64,000 nt of DNA, from positions 1,792,001 to 1,856,000 of the forward strand of contig OY969696.1 in assembly GCA_963702005.1 (NCBI GenBank), given 5' to 3'. The stretch's first letter is position 1. Every line of letters begins with the position of its first letter. The position numbers were made by a program, and so were the translations under genes. The DNA is from Candidatus Aminicenantes bacterium (GTDB lineage Bacteria; Acidobacteriota; Aminicenantia; Aminicenantales; JAFGBC01). Below the pieces are notes generated by a model that was given only the letters and a program-made list of their open reading frames with translations, ran no database searches and was not told the origin of the DNA. Below, one piece after another: positions 61,275 through 64,000 of this stretch.

Positions 61275-63360
61275 GGACTTTCGTCAAGACCTCTTCGAGT
61301 GTCCGGTCGGCCCGGCCGATGGCCTGAGCCAGAAGGGAGATCTGCTCTTTAGCCCGGACCCAATTTTTTTCTTCGACAGCCTCCGTCACCCCGGGAAGGA
61401 CTTCCGGGTCATAAGTGAACTTGCAGGCGTAGATAAGGTGCTTGAACCAGGGGCGCTTGGGGATACCCTGGGGGGATCCAAAATCTCTTTCCGTTTGCAT
61501 CAAAGCGGCATTTATGGCCTGAAGAGTTTCGGATGAAGCCTTGCTCTCTTGAGAGAGGAGCCGTTCGATATGTCGGTTCAGCTCCCGGGCGGTTTTTTGA
61601 AAACCCTCGATTCGGCCGACCAGGAGGCTGAGGTCGGGAGAGATCGATTTTTCTCCTAAGCTTAAAACTTCCTTCACATAGGAACCGATCTCTCCGGCAT
61701 AGGCTTCATAATCGAAAGGATAAATTTGGGCATTGGCCAGCCTTAATGTCGTCATTCCCCAGAGTGTTGCCAGAGTCGCGTGATAGCGGAATTGGGGGTC
61801 GCCGAAATGCGACATCCAGTAAAAATCGTCATACTGGGAATGGTAGACTCCGAAAGGGCCCTCGAAGCCCATTTCCAGGACCGGCATGCAGACGAAATTC
61901 AGAAAAGCCGTATGGTCGCTGCCGCTTCCGACCCGAGTCTCGAGCTTTTTCATGGCTTCATAGATCGTTTTCCCGGTGGTGGGATCCAGAACTTCCTTAG
62001 TGATCTGCAGCATGAAATCGCCGAGCGAAGGCACGGCGACCGCCACAAATTCAGGTCCGCTCACGGCGGAATCGACGTTGATATACACAACGCCGTCCTT
62101 CTTCAGTTTGTCCGCGTACTGCTCCGCCCATTCCGTCGAACCGGTCAGGGTGTTCTCCTCGGCGTCCCAGCTGCAAAAAACAATGCTCCTCTTTGGCCGG
62201 AATCCGTCCTTCACCAGCTGTCCCAGGTTTTGGGCGAGACCGAGCTGAGCCGCCGTGCCGCTGCTCGGGTCGACGGCCCCATAAACCCAGGCATCGCGGT
62301 GGTTCCCGATGACGATCCATTTTTCAGGCTCTTCCCGTCCCTTGATTTTGCCGACCACGTTCCATATGGAGCCGACGGAATTATCCATTTCCACCTTGAG
62401 ATGGACTTTGGCCGGGCCCGGCCCGACGTGGTAGGAAAAAGGCAGCCCTCCCTGCCACTCCGGCGGGACGGCCGGGCCGGCCAGATTCTCCAAAAGCGGC
62501 CGTGTTTCTTTATGAGAGAGGGGAACAGCCATGATTTTGGGCAGGATTTCCGACTCCTCCGGCTTCAGACGCCTGGCTCCGGGGATCGAGGCCCAGCCGG
62601 GAGTCAACGGGTCCCCGGGAACGATGAAATCAAAAGGGATTCCGCCCCGTTGAATGTGGCTTTCCGGCCCCCAAGGTCCGTCGGGAAAAACATCGCCGCG
62701 CATATATCCGTCATCCTTGGGATCGGAATAGATCAGCAGGCCGGCGGCTCCCCTCCGCTGGGCCGTTAGGGCTTTGAAGCCTCTATAACTGTAGGGCTCT
62801 GAGTACCGGACCAGGGCGATCTTACCTTTGATGTCGATTCCCATCTCCAGCAGTCTGTCATAATCTTCCGGATTCCCGCCGTGGGCATAGACCACGGGAG
62901 CCGTGACTTCGCCGGAGGCCGAATAGGCATTAAATCCGATACTCACTTGACCGTTGAAAGAATCCTTGTCGACGGGATAGCCGTCTTCCCTCAAAGTGGC
63001 CTTGAAAGGAGCAGGTTCGACCATTTCCACGATGATATCTTTGGGATAGGAAAGGAGGACCTGATACTCGACGAGTTCCACGTCCTCGAGGCCGAATTCC
63101 TTGAATTTATCCCTGACATAAATGGCGAGTTCATAGTTCCGCTCGCTGCCCGCGATGTGAGGCTCTTCCGTCAAAAATCTCAAATGCTTCTCATAAACCT
63201 TGGGGTCGGCCAGCTTTTTGAGCGCGGCTTCTACTTGACGCTCCTCTTTTGAGCTGTTCCCAGTGAATCCTTTGATCCTATCTTCGCTCCATTTTCCTTG
63301 GGTCGGCAGAAAAAGAAGGATCATGAGGCGCATGAAAATTCCCCATTTGAAATTCTTCAT
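61249..63360 (-). CDS. M28 glutamate carboxypeptidase II/transferrin-receptor-like peptidase
   Basis: GNHRDAW..GAVDP.SG, WDAEE, GSGSDHTAF, YHS.YD, PA domain. Confidence 0.92.
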   Translation of the reverse strand: MKNFKWGIFMRLMILLFLPTQGKWSEDRIKGFTGNSSKEERQVEAALKKLADPKVYEKHLRFLTEEPHIAGSERNYELAIYVRDKFKEFGLEDVELVEYQVLLSYPKDIIVEMVEPAPFKATLREDGYPVDKDSFNGQVSIGFNAYSASGEVTAPVVYAHGGNPEDYDRLLEMGIDIKGKIALVRYSEPYSYRGFKALTAQRRGAAGLLIYSDPKDDGYMRGDVFPDGPWGPESHIQRGGIPFDFIVPGDPLTPGWASIPGARRLKPEESEILPKIMAVPLSHKETRPLLENLAGPAVPPEWQGGLPFSYHVGPGPAKVHLKVEMDNSVGSIWNVVGKIKGREEPEKWIVIGNHRDAWVYGAVDPSSGTAAQLGLAQNLGQLVKDGFRPKRSIVFCSWDAEENTLTGSTEWAEQYADKLKKDGVVYINVDSAVSGPEFVAVAVPSLGDFMLQITKEVLDPTTGKTIYEAMKKLETRVGSGSDHTAFLNFVCMPVLEMGFEGPFGVYHSQYDDFYWMSHFGDPQFRYHATLATLWGMTTLRLANAQIYPFDYEAYAGEIGSYVKEVLSLGEKSISPDLSLLVGRIEGFQKTARELNRHIERLLSQESKASSETLQAINAALMQTERDFGSPQGIPKRPWFKHLIYACKFTYDPEVLPGVTEAVEEKNWVRAKEQISLLAQAIGRADRTLEEVLTKVLKRRTSPR

Positions 63361-64000
63361 CGTCCGTCCTCTAATGAAAAGATCTTTTCTTCGGCCGCCG
63401 TCGCCTTCCCTCCCACCTGCACACCCGTGATCTCATTATTCCCGACCTCGAGGCGAACGAGGATTTCCGAAGGCCTTCTCATGCCATAACCCTGTTCAAA
63501 AACCAGCCTCCGAGCCAGCTCTTCAGTTATCTTGCCTTGCTTGAACAAATAGCAGGCGAGCGCGCCGGACGAGGTTCCCGTCGCCGCTTCTTCCGGGATC
63601 CCATATAAGGGGGCGAAATTTCTGCAATAAGCCGTGGATTTGTGTTTCGTCTCCAAACTGAACGCATGATAACCCACGGCTCCATGTTTTTGGCTGATAG
63701 CGGCGATTCTATCGAGATCGGGTTCGAGGCTTGAAAGCGCCCGAAGCGAAATGATGGGAACGATGATGTCGCGGAGCCCGGTGGAGACGATTTGAACCGG
63801 CATATCCGGGGCGAGAGAATCGGGCCCTAGTCCCAGGGATCCGGCAACTTCTCCACGATCGATCGCGTCTTCGAAGAAAGGCAAAGTCTGTTCCATGAAA
63901 ACGGTCCCGTCCGCTTGGACCTCGACTCCAAGAATACCTGCTTTTGTTTCTTGGCTGTGTTTTCCCGCCGCTATTCGTCGAAGTCCAAAAAGGAGAGAAA
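63357..64000 (-). CDS. PhzF-family isomerase (5' end outside the window)
   Basis: STG, RNFAPLYGIPEEAATGT, EQG..M.RPS.I. Confidence 0.85.
   Translation of the reverse strand, partial: SLLFGLRRIAAGKHSQETKAGILGVEVQADGTVFMEQTLPFFEDAIDRGEVAGSLGLGPDSLAPDMPVQIVSTGLRDIIVPIISLRALSSLEPDLDRIAAISQKHGAVGYHAFSLETKHKSTAYCRNFAPLYGIPEEAATGTSSGALACYLFKQGKITEELARRLVFEQGYGMRRPSEILVRLEVGNNEITGVQVGGKATAAEEKIFSLEDGR

Overview
GC-rich bacterial window. The gene repertoire (SBBP, CARDB, VWFA-related, TolB-like/TPR, carboxypeptidase-regulatory TonB receptor) resembles Aminicenantes/Acidobacteriota; this is inference, with no marker gene. Bases 1-15 kb look accessory: fragments of three different tRNAs with arm-like repeats and no integrase, secreted repeat proteins and an AbrB/PIN toxin-antitoxin pair. 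The middle holds mostly housekeeping or envelope genes (dus, tldD/pmbA, PilB/GspE ATPase, pilT, acyl-CoA ligase, GH43, an RND pump). The most notable signal is HUH/Y1-type mobile DNA. (i) Two near-identical 606-bp tnpA-only IS200/IS605 elements each insert after TGCAC and split a gene; their guide and cleavage tetramers fit the IS608 pairing rule. (ii) A five-copy non-coding family of nested hairpins is bounded by TGAC-like ends, carries IS605-like hairpins with a matching CAAG guide, and ends in TTGAC. In three copies that end forms the -35 box of a properly spaced sigma70-like promoter. Two copies bracket a toxin-antitoxin fragment truncated at both ends.
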